A stretch of DNA of 64,000 nucleotides from Paraspadella gotoi (GCA_051294375.1 CM119269.1:18774471-18838470); one strand, 5' to 3'. Positions 13,414-39,536 are shown, counted from the first letter of the stretch. Notes: a model not told the origin generated them from the letters alone. Translations and numbers: made by a program.

Positions 13414-13594
13414 GGTTACTTTTACTTTCGCCGACTGGGGTTAGGGAGGGGTTAGTTTTAAGGGTGGTTTAAGATTAGGGTGAGGAGGGTAATTAGAGTT
13501 AAGGTAATTAACTAATATTTTTAAATTTTTTTTTTTAAATAAATATTTTTAAATGGTTTTTCTAAACCCTGGTCGGCGAAAGTAAAATTTATCC
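13414..13594. mobile_element. MITE with TTTTACTTTCGCCGAC TIRs and degenerate TTAGGG-like interior
   Basis: TIR pair TTTTACTTTCGCCGAC / GTCGGCGAAAGTAAAA; relatives at ~17560-17650 and 34716-34812. Confidence 0.7.
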
Positions 13595-13712
13595 CTTTTC
13601 ATTATGATTTATTGCAATATGCTAATTAAAATATTATATTTATTGCAATATATAAATTATTATATAGTATTATATTTGAATTTGCATATTGCAGTAAATC
13701 ATAATGAAAAGG
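13594..13712. mobile_element. Short palindromic MITE-like element
   Basis: CCTTTTTCATTATGATTTATTGCAATATGC / GCATATTGCAGTAAATCATAATGAAAAGG inverted pair. Confidence 0.6.
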
Positions 13713-14338
13713 AAATTCATACAAAAAATACTTGAATCGATTTGAAACGTGTTATTTTAAAAGATCTTGATGATGAAAAGCTATATCTAAATTTTAATAC
13801 AAATAAAATTATACATTTTTATAACTTTCAATTTTATGTTTTTTTATCGTCGCAATCGCTTTTGCACATAAGTGGCGTCGTCGTTGTTGTCGTCATCGGC
13901 GTTCCAAATTATAGATCGCTTTTTTTATCATCGCAATCGTTAAGCGTTTGCGACGATATTGTAACGCTTTTGCGCATAAGTGGCGTCGGCGTCGTCGTCG
14001 TTGTTGTCGGCGTTCCAAATTATAGATCGCCTTTTTTATGATTAAATTTGGGTGTATGAAGCTGAAAATTTATATACAGCTTCTCATCATCGATGTGCTT
14101 AAAATTAAGTCTGGACAGTTATTAAATATGTTTTGTTAATGTTTTATCAAAACAAACAAATTCTCTCTTTTATTTTCATATTTCTTTCTCTTTTAATTAC
14201 ATGTCTCTCTCTCTTTTCCCTAGTCACTGATTCATAATCATAGGGGAAAAAAAGAGCCTGCAGCTGGCTCTGCAGGGGCTTATTCTTTTTCTCTCTTTTC
14301 TCCTGCTGCTTCTGCAGCTGCCTTTTGATTTCTTTTTT

Positions 14339-14371
<33 letters not shown>

Positions 14372-16249
14372 GCATTTTTATTAAAAAAAAATTGAATTAG
14401 GATTGAACTTGTAAAATTAAGCATCGCATTCGTGCATGTTATCATTTTGCTTTCGCATCATTGGTTTTTATTTCTTTTTTTTTTCTTAAGGACTGCGTCT
14501 GCTGATCAGTTAATTTTTTGATAATGAAAATTTTTTTTTCTTTTGCTTTTTTCAGAAACTGTAACTTTAATTTTCCTTTATTATTTTTGTTAATTGACAA
14601 TCGCAAAATATAATTTTTCTTTGTTTATAATTTCATTTTCTTTTCTTAAATTTTATTTTTTTTAGTATCAAAATTTGTCTTCAATCCAGATTTTTCTTAT
14701 GTGATTGCGACGATCCTTATGCTTTTAAGATTTTTATGATTAAATTTGGGAGTATGAAGCTGAAAATTTATATACAGCTTCTTATCATCGAGGTCCTTGA
14801 AATTGGGTGAGGTCGTTTATTAAATATGTTTTGTTTACATTTTATCAAAACAAACAAATTTGTTCTACTTTTATTTTTGTCTCTTTCTCTCTCTTTTCTC
14901 TTTTAATTATATGTAGCTCTCTCTCTCTCTTTTCCTCAGGCTGATTCATCGAGAAAAAAACGAGTCTGCAGCTGGCTCTGCAGGGGCTTTTTCTTTTTCT
15001 CTCTTTTCTCCTGCTGCTTCTGCCTTTTGATTTTTTTTTCTGGTCGCCGCTGATTTGTCCGAAAACGATTTGGCCTCTCTGCGTTTTTATTTAAAAAAAA
15101 ATTTAATTAGGATTGAACTCGTAAAATTGGGCATCTCATTCGTGCATGTTATCAATTTGCTATTGCAACATCGGGTTTTTATTTGGTTCTTCTCGTCACT
15201 CTTTATTTTTATTTTTCTTTCTTTCCTTTCTATTCTTTCTTTTCTTTCTATTCTTTCCTTTCTATTCTTTCTTTCCTTTTTATTCTTTCTTTCCTTTTTA
15301 TTCTTTCTTTCCTTTCTATTCTTTTTTTCCTTTCTATTCTTTTTTTCCTTTCTATTCTTTTTCCTTTCTATTCTTTCTTTAATTTCTATTCTTTCTGTCC
15401 TTTCTTTCCTTTCTATTTTTTCTTTCTTTTCTATTCTTTCTTTCTTTATATTCTTTCTTTCTTTTCTATTTTTTCTTTTTTTTCTATTCTTTCTTTTCTT
15501 TTCTATTCTTTTTTTCCTTTCTATTCTTTCTTTTCTTTTTATTCTTTCTTTCCTTTCTATTCTTTCTTTCCTTTTTATTCTTTCTTTCATTTCTATTCTT
15601 TTTTTCCTATTTATTTTTTTTCCCCTTTTTATTCTTTCTTTATATTTAATCTTCTTTTTCTTTTCTCAAATTTGATTTTTTTTAATACCAAAATTTGTCG
15701 TCAATCCAGATTTTTCTTATGCAATTGCGACGATCCTTATGCTTTTAAGATTTCTTTTTTAATTATATACATCTTTCTCTCTCTCTCTTTTTCTGATTTG
15801 TTTAAAAACGAGTTCTGCTCTGCAGCGGTTGAATTACTATTACATCAATCAATTACAATTACATCAATTATTTATTATTACATCAGTCATTAATTTTTTT
15901 TAGGATTTTTTTATTGATTTTTTTTATAGTTATGTCTGGCGAGATCAGTATACTTTAAGATTTTTTTTGGATCGAGATTGTTTTTTTGTGATTGAGAAGC
16001 GAGACAAAGTGAAAAACGATTTAAACTCGAATTAAAAAAATTATATTAATTAATTTATTAATTAATTATCTGACCAACTGCTTACCGCTAATGTTCGTGG
16101 GCAGATCTGCCATTGTTTGCTCAAACTCGTTTAATTAAAACATCTTCAGCATCTTAAGCTTGGTATTATTGCCTATCCTTCGTTAATTTTTATTTAACTC
16201 AAATTTTGATAATTTTTTGGCCATGTTATCTCTTGTTTTTCTTTTCAGT

Positions 16250-16620
16250 TTTCCGCATTTAACTCAAGGCGCCGCCTATCAGTCGAGCGCACTTACCTCC
16301 AATATACGTTGCTCTTTTTTCTTCCAGTTTCACGACCTTGACTCTCTCTCTTCGGCGCTGATTCTCCTTAAATTCGCGCGCCCTCGCTCTCTCGTCGTGC
16401 ACAAGAGTGTATGCGCCTGCGTCAGGACGAGTATTCCTCAGAAGGCTGAGCGAAAAAAAGGCCTGCGAAAAAGTCACAACATCATCTTTCTGTTTCGGTC
16501 TCCCTGAATTTTTTGTCTTCTCTTTTAAGTCTTAGGGGGAGAATCGGATGCGAGACCTTCTCCACTTTTATATCCATTGTCATCGTCAAAGCAAAGATCG
16601 CCTACTTATCTCATTTGCAG
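16250..16620 (+). promoter_or_regulatory. CpG-rich segment; candidate promoter or 5'UTR exon of the Na,K-ATPase gene
   Basis: CpG-dense island ending in CAG|GTCAGT at 16620, followed by (CT)n. The ATG exon at 19927 has its own acceptor, so an upstream exon or trans-splicing is implied. Confidence 0.35.
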
Positions 16621-16655
16621 GTCAGTGCTGAGCGGATGAAGAAAAAAAAAATCTC

Positions 16656-16770
<115 letters not shown>

Positions 16771-18233
16771 CTCTTTGCAACCCGTCAGCGTCGTTTCCGT
16801 CATAATCATGTCTTTCGGCCTTTTTAAAACTAGATCATAATATATTTACATAATAAAATCACAAAACATTTCATCACAAATATTTTCAGTAATAGGAGAA
16901 CACGATTTTTTGTATAATTTCTTACGAACAGAATTACTTCGTGTTAAAAATCTTAAAATTTTTAGAGCAACTTCTCAGAGACAGAAAGGTTTTAATTCTT
17001 AATATTCTCTAAATTTGGTTTCGGTTGGTTTTTTCCTCCCCACACACGGTTTTTGCCTCATCGAATTCTATGATTTTCATCAAATGGGTTTGTGGTTCCA
17101 TTTCTTGAAGATATTTCTTGATCAGCTCAGCTTTTTTCTCTTTGGCATTTTCTCAAGTGAATCTTTCGTTTGCAAGAAGTATTAGCAAGCGATGCGATCG
17201 ATGTCTTTTCCTCAAATCCGTTTGGACGATAAATTTATATTCCTATGTAGTATTTTTTTTTAAATGGACTTTTTTTTTTTATTAAAATCGAAATTATTTA
17301 TCCAGCATTCCTGGAGATAAATACGCTCTTGAGGTTTATGGGAAAACGAAGAGCAAGGTTTTTCTTACAGAATTAACAGAAAAAGAAGATTAATAAAACG
17401 GAAAAGGATAATTTCTCGGAAAAAAAAATTAAAGGAATTCAGATAGCTTAATAACAAATATTAAAAAGTTATTATACATTTTATTTTCCCAAACCGTGTT
17501 TTTGGCGTTTTTTCAAAAATTACTTAAAAATAATTATTTAAAAAATTATTACCTAATTACCCTAACCTTTTTAACCTTAACCACCCCTAACCCTAAACCA
17601 TCCTTAACCCTAACCCTTAACCCTAGTCGGCGTAAGTATAATTAGCCTTTTTTTATTTTATTATATTAAAATTTGGGTAAAAATTAATGTTATAATAAAT
17701 TAAGGTTAAGTATAAATTAAGAATAAGTATAAGTTAATTAGAAAAGTAAATTAGAGTTAAAAATAATTTGGGGGTTGGTTAGGGTAAGGGGTAAGTTAGG
17801 GTTAATTTTTAAATTATGTTTTAGCTTAAGTATATGATAATTTAAAATTTAAAAAAAAAATTTTACTGTTAATAAATTTATAAATAATATAATAATATTT
17901 AAGAAAAACGATAGTTTTTTTATGGCAGAAACAACGACCTAATAGTTAATATAAGTTTATTTAAAATTGTTTCTTTTTTTCGTAACAAAAACTTTACTAA
18001 TTCAAATCGCTGATAAAGACTCGACATATAAAAATCTCACTATGCCAAAATAAAAAAAAATACTGGTAAAGGTCGAAAATTTTTTTATTTTAATTCTTAA
18101 CCACCCCTAAACCTAACTACCCCTAATCCCTAACCAACCTTAACCCAATTGTTAACCGTTTAAAAAATATAATATAAATTTGTCTTTCCTTTCCTTTCTT
18201 TGTTTATGTACAACGAGTTTTATTAAGAAACAA

Positions 18234-18279
18234 ATTTCTGATACATTTCGGCTCCTATGTAAACCTTCATCAGCGAAAA
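18234..18279 (-). ncRNA. Minimal type I hammerhead ribozyme motif (Penelope-like), degenerate
   Basis: Minus strand TTTCG CTGATGA A GGTT-TACATAGG-AGCC GAAA TGTA TC AGAAA: intact core boxes, 4-bp helix II, 1-bp helix III. Confidence 0.65.
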
Positions 18280-18380
18280 AACGAATTGAATTGTGATACA
18301 AATATTTTCACAGACTTTGAAGTTTGAAGAGAGAGGAAGAGAAAGAGTGTGAAAATATTTGTTTCATAAATCAATTTGTT

Positions 18381-18426
18381 TTTGCGTTGATGAAGGCTTA
18401 CATTGAAGCTGAAACATGTCAAAAAT
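18381..18426 (+). ncRNA. Minimal type I hammerhead ribozyme motif, degenerate (C3->U)
   Basis: TTTGCG TTGATGA A GGCT-TACATTGA-AGCT GAAA CATG TC AAAAA; palindromic ACATGT helix III; inverted partner of 18234-18279. Confidence 0.6.
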
Positions 18427-19949
18427 TTGTTTCTTTATGAAACTCGTACGTAAACAAACAATTAATTTTCTACCTCAAACATAAAAATTTAAATTTATTA
18501 TAAAATTTTAAAATTTGTATTACTAAACAAAAAAATGTATATTATTGCACAAACTGAAACTCGATGCAAGAAGTAAAACAAAATTAAATGGATTAACAAA
18601 GCACCGACCGGAGGTACCTTAGGTTGGTTGCGGACGTCATAAAGTAAAGTTACCCTTATTCTTTTCCGTAAAGAAACGAATGTCATTTTTTTATCTTTCT
18701 TTTCGTTTTCCCATAAGCATCCCGAGCGTATTAAAATCGCCGGTTTCAATTAAAATTTTTACTATTTAAATTATTTGAAAGAATAATTGTACACAGAATT
18801 ATTGGTACACTTGAACCGATCGCGAAGAGCAAATTCTGTTATCAAGCATCGATTATCTTTCCACCTTTTTGTTTTGAGATAAGGTCACGGTGTCATTGAA
18901 GATATTTTGCTCCCTACCTTTCTAGCTGTATTTTTTTGTATTTAATTCTTGTTTTCTTTTTTTATTCCTTGTTTTGTCGATCCCCGGTAAGGTTTGTCTA
19001 AGGTTAGGGGGTATTTAGGGTTAGGGTTGAGGTGGTTAGGGTTAGGAATGGTTAGGGGTTGTTGGGCTAAAGTTCGAAAAAAACATTTTTTTCCGCGGAA
19101 TAAATTTTTTATACGTTTGTGCTCATAAGATTATAAATAAACAACCGACTGGAAGATCTTACAGTGAATTTACAAATTTACCAACATTTTTAATTTCCGT
19201 ATTAAAAAATGTGTGAATTAGTAGTTTTCTCAAACTGACCTCGCATTGTTTGACATCACGGTTAATGTTTCTCTTCTTGTCGTTAATATATTATATCTCT
19301 GTCTGATACACTCCCCTAAAGAAAACTTTCCAGCGAAAATTAACCTCATTTTTTGCGAATGCTTTCAAAGGAATTATTTACTATTTAGTATATAAAGGTT
19401 CTAACTTTGATTATAAATTGCCTATTTAATGTTGAAAATCCTTGGTTGTTTTGCTCTTTTATTTTTTCACCTTTCTACGGTCGATGACTTTTGACGAAGA
19501 AGAGGAGTAGGAGGATGAAGATAAGAAACCGAAAGATGGGTTGCGTGTTCGACCAACGATCGCTTCGTTTTTACTGTCTGAAAAACTCTCTCTCTCTCTC
19601 ACACACACTAACTTGTTTTCCGCCTATCCTGCTTCGTCCCCAACGAACTTTCGTTCAAACTTGACGTGATTTTGAATTATCGATGTCCATTAGAGCACAA
19701 ACCGGATTCTATTAACATAATGAACAAATGTTATATATATTGAATAAAGAAAAAAAACAACAAATATTTGTGAAGATCTCGTCGTGATTTTAGTATTTGC
19801 TTCAACTGTTTTCCTTCCCGTAATCACCCGGCATACTTTTTTATACAATTTTTAATTAAGGCTTTTTTGAATGGAAAAAATGGTATTGATGGTATTGACT
19901 AATTTTCCCTGCATATTTCGTTTCAGGTTGAAAATATAAAGCCGCAAAA

Positions 19950-31611
<11,662 letters not shown>

Positions 31612-32990
31612 ACAAAATATCCTCTTCTTTTTTGCTCGTGGTCTTCGACATAAAGAAAAAGTTATGCAAAAATATGTGCATTTGTGGAAAAAAGATACGT
31701 CGGGCGGCGATGCAAAAACTTCATTTCAATTTTTTTTCATTTTTTAATAATACGACGACGACTCGACCGAGTTTGTTAGGTGGCGTTGTGGACCCTGAGG
31801 GCAGGGTAAGTTAGGGGATGAGCTAGATATTCGTAAATATTGCTGCGCGCGGTCCGATTATCAAAATAAGCTTTTTTAAAATAAGTTTTCGAGGTTATGG
31901 CAAGACTGGGTTTGAGAGTTATGAAGAGGAAATGAAGAAGTTTCTTTTTCGTTTTTTTTTCTTTTTTTGGGTGGGGGGCTGGGGTTTTTTTCTACTCGGA
32001 CACCGAATAGGTTTGTTTACTTTTAAAACTAAGTCATACACGAATTTTGTGGTAATAGATGTACACTATTATTAGCAAGTTTCATACCTAGTGAAATTTA
32101 ATGCCGAGTGAAAAATATGCGCTCACAGGAATTAATGGCGAAAAAGTTTATTTGCATCGATCGATCAGTTTTTTCTTGTACATTAACTTTTTTTTTTAAT
32201 TAGTTCACAAATTTTCCTTCGCGCGTCGATTCCACTCGAGATTTTTGCCTCTGACATTTATTTTTTTTCATTACGATTGCTACATCGTTTTTTATCGTTA
32301 AATAACCAAGAGATTTAAATCAATAAGTTAAGAGTTTTTTCCCTTTTTTTTCGCGTGTGATCAACGTGGCTCGATCGATGTTCATTTATCAGTTAGTTTT
32401 TGGGTTGAATGTCATTCATTGCAAGGGAGAACAAGTTTTCCAACTCATTCGCTTTATTTTAGACAAAATAAGATTTAATCGTTTTTTGTTGTTCCATTTT
32501 ACGTGATACATTTTTTCTCTCTAGTTCTCCGTACTTAGCTTATTTCTAGATTTGTTTTTTTCAATAGTTTACCGGCGAAATAGTTGGTGGGCGCGTCCCT
32601 TAGTCGTTTATGAATACAATCTTTCTTTGCAAGGGTACATCTACTTTTTTGTTTTGTTTTTTTTTGTTTAATGTAAAAATTGTTTCTCCAGCCAAAGTTG
32701 CTACTATCGGTTTTGTGACAACGCTCAAAACAAAAAAAAGATTAATGTTTGCCTTGAGTGTCTATTTTTATTATTTTTAATTTACACTGAAGATGACAAT
32801 TGATAATTCCTTACGTATCCACCTTATTCTCTCTATGCATAAAGTAGGTCACATTATAAATTTTTGCATTTTTGATATGTTCAGTGGCTTTTCGAAGAGC
32901 GAGAGAAAAATGCTTCATGGCTGTCTCTGATTTTACTGTACTTATCAACGACAGTAACTGAAAATCAATGCTGTTTGTAATAAATCTTTA
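31612..32990 (+). other. Probable 3'UTR of ATP1A with AATAAA near 32979
   Basis: U-rich tract after the stop codon; AATAAA followed by GT-rich sequence. Confidence 0.4.
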
Positions 32991-33519
32991 TATATATAGT
33001 CATTTCATACGAATCATGGGTTGTTTTAAATCCATGCGTTTGTTTGTGTGTTATAACATCTAATGGGCTATTACCTCGAAGTCAATGTTTGTCAGTTTTT
33101 GTTTAATTTTTATTCATTAACTCTGATCGAATTCCCGTCAGCGTTGTCAGGTTTTTTTTATAATTTATTTTTTCCTTAATTTTGTTATAAAACATTTCAT
33201 CTAAGTCAATGCTCAAACATAGTATTCATAATCAATATAAGTAAGATTCTTTGTCGAAAGTAAAGTTGCTGACTAACGATCGGCTTTTACTTTTATGTCA
33301 TCGTTGTATGTACTACAAAATTGCTACACATTTTGTTTCGTTCTTTTAAGTAGTAAACAAGTTGAAATATTTTCGTTTGTTTTTATTTTAGTTTCTAGAT
33401 TTCAGTTATTTTAGTTTAATTCGTATGCAAATCAGTTTAATTTTAGTTTTTGTTTAATTTTCGTATTTATCTTTTTTTAATTTATTTTTTATTAATTTTT
33501 AATTTGCAAGTTTGGCTGT

Positions 33520-34110
33520 CAGTGGCGATCACGCAGTCCGCGTCCTTTTAACAGCAACAAAAGAATAACGTTTACTTCGTTTCAATTATCCACGATACTA
33601 AATTACTATCTAAAAAAGGAGGAAAAAGAGCGATTCTTCGTCGACCCAAATAAGTTTCCATTATCAGACAGAAAGAATAAGCTTTAGCTCTAGAGTTCTT
33701 CGTGAGCCTTTGACGTCTCTTAGACCCAAGGAAACGGAAGTTGTCGTCCGCTTAAAGCGGGCGCCAATTTCGTATCCTTTGGGCCCTTTAAGCGGCGCTT
33801 TTGGGCTTGCCGGCGGTGACACTTAACCTTTTTAGGCCAACAGTTGCCGCTATGTGGGCCAGTTTTCCGCTTTGTCAAAACTTGTGACTCACAAGCGTCT
33901 CACTCTGTCCCTTTTCGTTAGGCGTGCAGAGAGCGCGCGCTTGGCAGCTTTTCCTTAAAGAGTCAACGCCTCCCGTTTCACACAGGAGGGGGGCGCCCAC
34001 TTGCACCTGATCATTTGATAGGCATCAATTATACCGGTATCACTAGGCGACCCTGTTCTCTTCCCGCTATTCATATTTAACGAAATTGCAAGCGCAAGAC
34101 CGAAAAAAAA
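33520..34110. promoter_or_regulatory. CpG-island-like segment, candidate promoter or enhancer
   Basis: CpG-dense relative to flanks; contains CGGAAGT (ETS-like); no convincing ORF. Confidence 0.3.
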
Positions 34111-35893
34111 GAAAGAAATTGAAAAATCTTTAAAACCATTTGCTCTTTTCCTTATGATTATTTCTGCTTTTATCATGTCATCTTAATTACGATCTCAAGT
34201 ATTTGCACATGCCTTATCCTTCCCATCATTTTAAATTTTCAAGATTTATAAATACAAAGCCAAAAAATAAGATACTATCCCTGAAATAGGTGGTGAAAGG
34301 GATACAAACCTTTGCACCCATTCGTATCTCCACTCAGTTTTATACGCTCCCTTTTCTTTTTTCACTAGCCCGTAATATATTCCAATCAGTTTTTTCATGT
34401 TATATAAAATCTTGATACTGTTTGAAAAACTATTGCGGCAACCGTCTTTTTTTTTCTTAAGTCGCCTTAAATTTAATTTAAAATAATGAATTTTCTTTAT
34501 TTTTGGAGGGGTGGGAATTAAAAATGTTACTTGTGGGAATTATAGATATAGTATATTAAACATCCAGAGAAAAGAAATAGTAAGACAATTTTATTTCATT
34601 TAAGAGTTTGTCAGGTTTTATGAATGTCCTAAAATTTGGATTCTATAGTTAAATTTTTAAAAATAATGCAATTTATGTACAGAATATTCTCGTTACTTTC
34701 TTAATATAAAATGAGGGGTTAATTCTACTTTCGCCGACCGGGGTTAGGGGGGTTTAGGCTTAAGGGTGGTAATAAATATTTTTAAATGGTCTGCGAAAGT
34801 AAAATTTTACCAAAATGAGTTATATAACATTAAATGAGTTATTAAAATTTATAGAAACGGATGTCGCCAAAGCCAACAATCGAAGCATAAAAAGTTAATG
34901 ACCTTGATATATTATTCCGGCGTATGGTTTAGATATTTGTTTTAAGGCCCGGGGTGCGGTTGGACTTTTGGTTTCCGCCGTGAAAAGTTTTCCGTTACGT
35001 TTTTCGCGACAAGATTTTTAACATTCCAAAATCCTGACCCACAGTGGCCTTAAGTGGGGATGAGTTTCTTCGATTCGTATTTGAAAGAGGATTTTTTTTC
35101 CCGATTTTTCTTGAGAGTCCTATCATAATAAAGTCTGTTCAAAAAATATCCGTATTAAAATTTTTGTTCTCTCGGAGGGAAAGTACAACTCAAACTGTTC
35201 CCTGCCCAAAAGCAAGCTGTAAATAAAGATTTATAATTTTTTTAGAAATAGTACTAATACCATTTACAATCGTGTCGATTAGTTATGATTTTAAATTACG
35301 GTGAGTAGGTTGAAAATATTGCTAAGCTGCGTATCTTTCGTAGTTTTGATGGTAGGAGCTCAGCAATTAAAGTTGGTCATTATTATTACTAAGAGAAACT
35401 GTACAGTCATTTCACAAAAAAAATCACTCGGCATATATTATTGCAATCTTTTCTGCTTTCTTCTTTCTTATTGTTAACAAGAAAGGAACTAGCATTTGTT
35501 ACTTTTAACAATATATTTATATCTATATAACTTAAGCACTTGGCTCATAAAAAGGAAAGTAGTTTTTGTCCACTGTCCTGTGTTTTGATTATTTTTAAAA
35601 AAAAATCATTTTGTTAATGATTGTTTAAAAAAAATTATTTTTCGTTTGCAAGTTTTAGCGTCATAAATCACTTGTAGATAATCACTGTAGTTAAACTAAG
35701 TATTTAAAAAATAACTATGAATTTGCCAAACCGAAACCCAAAAATTTAAAAAAAAATTTCATCATTATGAATTTTCTCGACCAATACTACTAATAAGGGT
35801 AGCACTTTTTTTTTACATCGTGAGATTGAAAATATTGTTTGCAATATAAATTACAAGATTTTTGCTTATAGTTTTCAGTAAGTGATTTATACC

Positions 35894-35984
<91 letters not shown>

Positions 35985-36399
35985 CTTCGCTCGTTCGCAT
36001 CTGTAATATTGACGTTTTTATGTAATATGTAGATCTTCTGCTGGAGCGGATCGCCAACTGAAAAATTGTAAGCAAATGCAAAGGATATGTTGGCCACGTT
36101 ATCTCAATCGATGGATTAAAATTATGATTGGTGTTACGTTCGGTTATTTCTCGATATATTTAATGTAGTTAGATTATAACCTTTTTTGCAATGCATCAGA
36201 CAAAACTGTTGCCACAGTGCCTTGAAGAATGACAGCTAGAAAACTGTTAACCATATGTAGCTCATGAAAAATTGCAATATTACTTGTTTTACTATATTAG
36301 ACTTTAAAATTTTTTTATTAAAGTTTCAGAATAAATGTTAATGTTTCTTTATATAAAGAATAAATATATATAAATAATATGTGTAATGGGGAGAGGGAT

Positions 36400-36632
36400 G
36401 TTAGTGTTGTCTTCTGGAAATAGAGGGAGCATCTATACAACATAGGGTTAAAAGTTACTTCCTGACTTAGTTTTCTAATTAGATATTAGACATATTTGTT
36501 AAGAATTCATTTATTTTAAATTCAAAATATCTAGAAGTCTGAACAAGTTCCAAAAGGAATTATGTAAGATATCTATTAGAAAACTAGAGCAGAAAGTAAT
36601 CTAACCCTTTATTTCCGGAAGACAACACTAAC
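36400..36632. mobile_element. MITE (TIR GTTAGTGTTGTCTTC(T/C)GGAAATA); second partial copy at ~63793-63945
   Basis: Terminal and internal inverted repeats; homologous copy near the window end. Confidence 0.7.
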
Positions 36633-37872
36633 GTTTAAAAAAAACTTAAATTAAATGAAATCCCCAAAAAAATGAATTCCTAAATATTAAATCTTTTAAA
36701 AACTAAAAAAAACTATAGATCGTGAAACAAGTAATTTTGAAATTTTCATATAATTACCTTTTCTAGGTTAAAGATTCTTACTATATATATTATCCCTATA
36801 TATATGAGGGGTTGTTAGGAGTTAGAGGTGATCAGGTGTTAGGGGTGGTTAGGGGTTAGGGTGGTTTTTGAAAAACCAGTTATTTTTTTCTCGTAATTAA
36901 ATTTTCACACATTTTGTTGTTCGTTTCCGACTGGAAAATCTCAAACAGTCAATGTAAAATTTTACCGCAAAAGCGTAGGTATATTTGTTGTCCCTGCGTC
37001 ATGCGATCAGCTCGATATTTTATTTAGAGATTTCACGAACGCATGGTAATTGCACTCATCAAGAGGTAAGAAAAAAAAATTCTTTCAGCAACTCACTGAT
37101 TGGTTAACATATATTTTTAAAATTTGAAATTTAAATATACTTGAGTCCCTATCTGACTTTGTTAGGCTTTGCCGATGACCATTTGTTATTTTTACAATAC
37201 GGTGCCTCCTCAATCGGAAAGGAGGAAAGAAGAAAAACAATGTACGCTTTAAAAGACGTTAAATGACAACAATGGGGCTATTTTTTTCTAAAAACCAACC
37301 TGGCATTCGTTTAAGATTTGAATTCATTGTTTTATATATTAAAACGTCGTTGGAAAAATTGGAAAAATTCTCAAATGTTGATTAATGAATATCTTTCTCT
37401 TTCAAAAAATGGATTTTATAAAAAACGTATCTAGTGACTATATAATTAACTATATAATTATGAAAGGAAAATTTAGTCCTATAATTTAATTTAAGGGTTT
37501 TCTCTACATTGCCGTTGACTATGAAACAATCAAGTATTAAACGAGATAGAGATTGAATAAAAGAGAAACAAAAGGTTTTCTTCGAACGACAATGCCTACT
37601 AAAAAAAAGACAACTCCTAGCGCATAACGTCGAACGGTTAATGAAAAATGAAGTTCCCCTCGAGTCTTCGTCTCCGGAAACGCAGCTGATGCGCGGTGCC
37701 AAAGTCGTCTTGGCTTCTGCGCTAGTGGGCGGGGGCCCGGGACGAGAGGCTGTTGAAAGGGTGTGGACTGATGTTGCAAATAGGGAGCGTGAGAGTGCGC
37801 TGCGGAATGGTCAGAGGGTTTGCTTCTATTCTCTAACCATCCCCCATCCTTCCGTCGAGGTCCCCGCTTCTA

Positions 37873-39505
37873 TTTTTAGTCGGATCTGCTTATCAGCAGT
37901 TCCGACTCTATAACTCACTTTTTCGTTCCGTCGTCCGCCCCCTCAATATTGTCGGGCACACACTTATATCATGTCAGAACATCGAATTATGATAAATTAT
38001 GCAAAAAAAATGATGTCCGTCCGTCCGTCCGTCCGTCCTCCGTCCCGTCCGTCCGTCCGTCCGTCCGTCCGTCCGTCACCTTAGCAAAAAAACACCAATT
38101 ACTCGTGATTGGATGGATGGATTTTAATGAAATTTTGTGTGAGGATAGGTAAGTGTGTGATTGAGCTGGATATGAAGTTTCGATGGAATCGTCCGAGTGG
38201 AAATGAGTTTAAATGGAAAAAACAAAAAAAAATATTCACTATTTGAACACCAATTGCTCATGAGTGGATGGGCTGATTGACCTGGAATTTTGTATGTGGG
38301 TAGGAAAGTGTGTGATTGAACAGGAAATCAAGTTTCGATGGAATAGTTTGAGTGGAAATGAGTTTAAATGGAAAAAAAACAAAAAACCTGTTTTACTAAT
38401 TGATTATGCTCTTTTTTCCTTTTATATTAAATGTATATGCAGGATGTATTAATAAATCAAATAATTAATCAGTTAATTAATCAATTAGTAATAAATTAAT
38501 CAATAATTAATTAATTAGTCAATCAATCCGTCCATCCGTCTAATCTTAGCAAAAAGCTCCAAAAAACTCGTGATTGGCTGGTTGGATTGGAATTAAATTT
38601 TGTGTGTGAGTAGGAAAGTGTGTGTATAAAGCTGGATATAAAGTTTCGATGGAATCGTGTGAGTGGAAATTAGTTTAAATGGAAAAAAACATAAGTCGAA
38701 TTTACTAAAATCTTTTTACTTATTTTAACCAATAAATACTCTAATTAATCATAATTGGATGGATAGATTGAGTTGAAATTTTGTGTGTGGGTAGGAAAAT
38801 GTGTGACGAAGCTTGATATAAAGTTTCAGTGGAAACGTACCAGTGGAAATGAGTTTAAATGAAAAAAATATGAGTCACATTTACTTGAATCTTTTTATTT
38901 ATTTTTAACCCATGATAGATTGAGATGAAATTTTGTGAGCCAGTAGGAAAGTGAGTGAAGAAGCTAGATATAAAGTTTTGACGGAATGCAAGTTGAAAAA
39001 ATGATGCAAGTTGAAAAAATGAGCAAGTTAAAAAATCTAAAAAGCATAAGGACGTCGAATTGCATAAAAAGAGAGAGAGAGAGAGAGAAAGAGAGAGTGG
39101 AGAGAGAGAGAGTGAGAGAGTGAGAGAGAAAGAGAGAGAGTGGAGAGAGAGGAGTGAGAGAGAGAGAGAGAGAGAAGGAGACATAAAATAAAAAAATCTT
39201 AAAAGACTCAAGATCGAGCCAGAGCCCACTATCAAAGAAAATTAATGAAAAACCGGGAAAAAAACGAATGAATCATGCGATAACGAATTATTGATGTAAT
39301 AGTAATTGATTAAGGTAATACTATTGATTGATGTAATAGTAATTTATTGATGTAATAGGAATGATAATTGATTCGATGATAATCAATTATTGATGCGATG
39401 ATAGTCATTCACTGCTGTGATGATAGTCATTTACTGATGCGATGATTGTCATTCATTGATGCGATGATAGTCAATAAAACAAAAAATATGCGTGTATTGA
39501 GTGAA

Positions 39506-39536
<31 letters not shown>

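Larger units (their letters stand above)
12705..16130 (+). mobile_element. Helentron/DINE-like element family 1, expanded copy with internal duplications and nested MITEs
   Basis: Head GCCGGATCTGC-TTACA-GCAGATCTCGGC hairpin; tail GGCAGATCTGCCATTGTTTGCTCAAACTCGTTT; internal duplications ~14030-14460 and ~14730-15150; CT-rich ~18-bp array 15210-15640. Confidence 0.65.

Noticed and set aside
15055-15893. 200+ aa Phe/Leu or Lys/Arg/Glu ORFs
   Set aside because: Translation of a CT-rich minisatellite inside a repeat element.
17560-19070. TTAGGG/CCCTAA-like tracts as telomere remnants
   Set aside because: Short, degenerate and tied to a MITE family (also ~13440, 34740, 36810).
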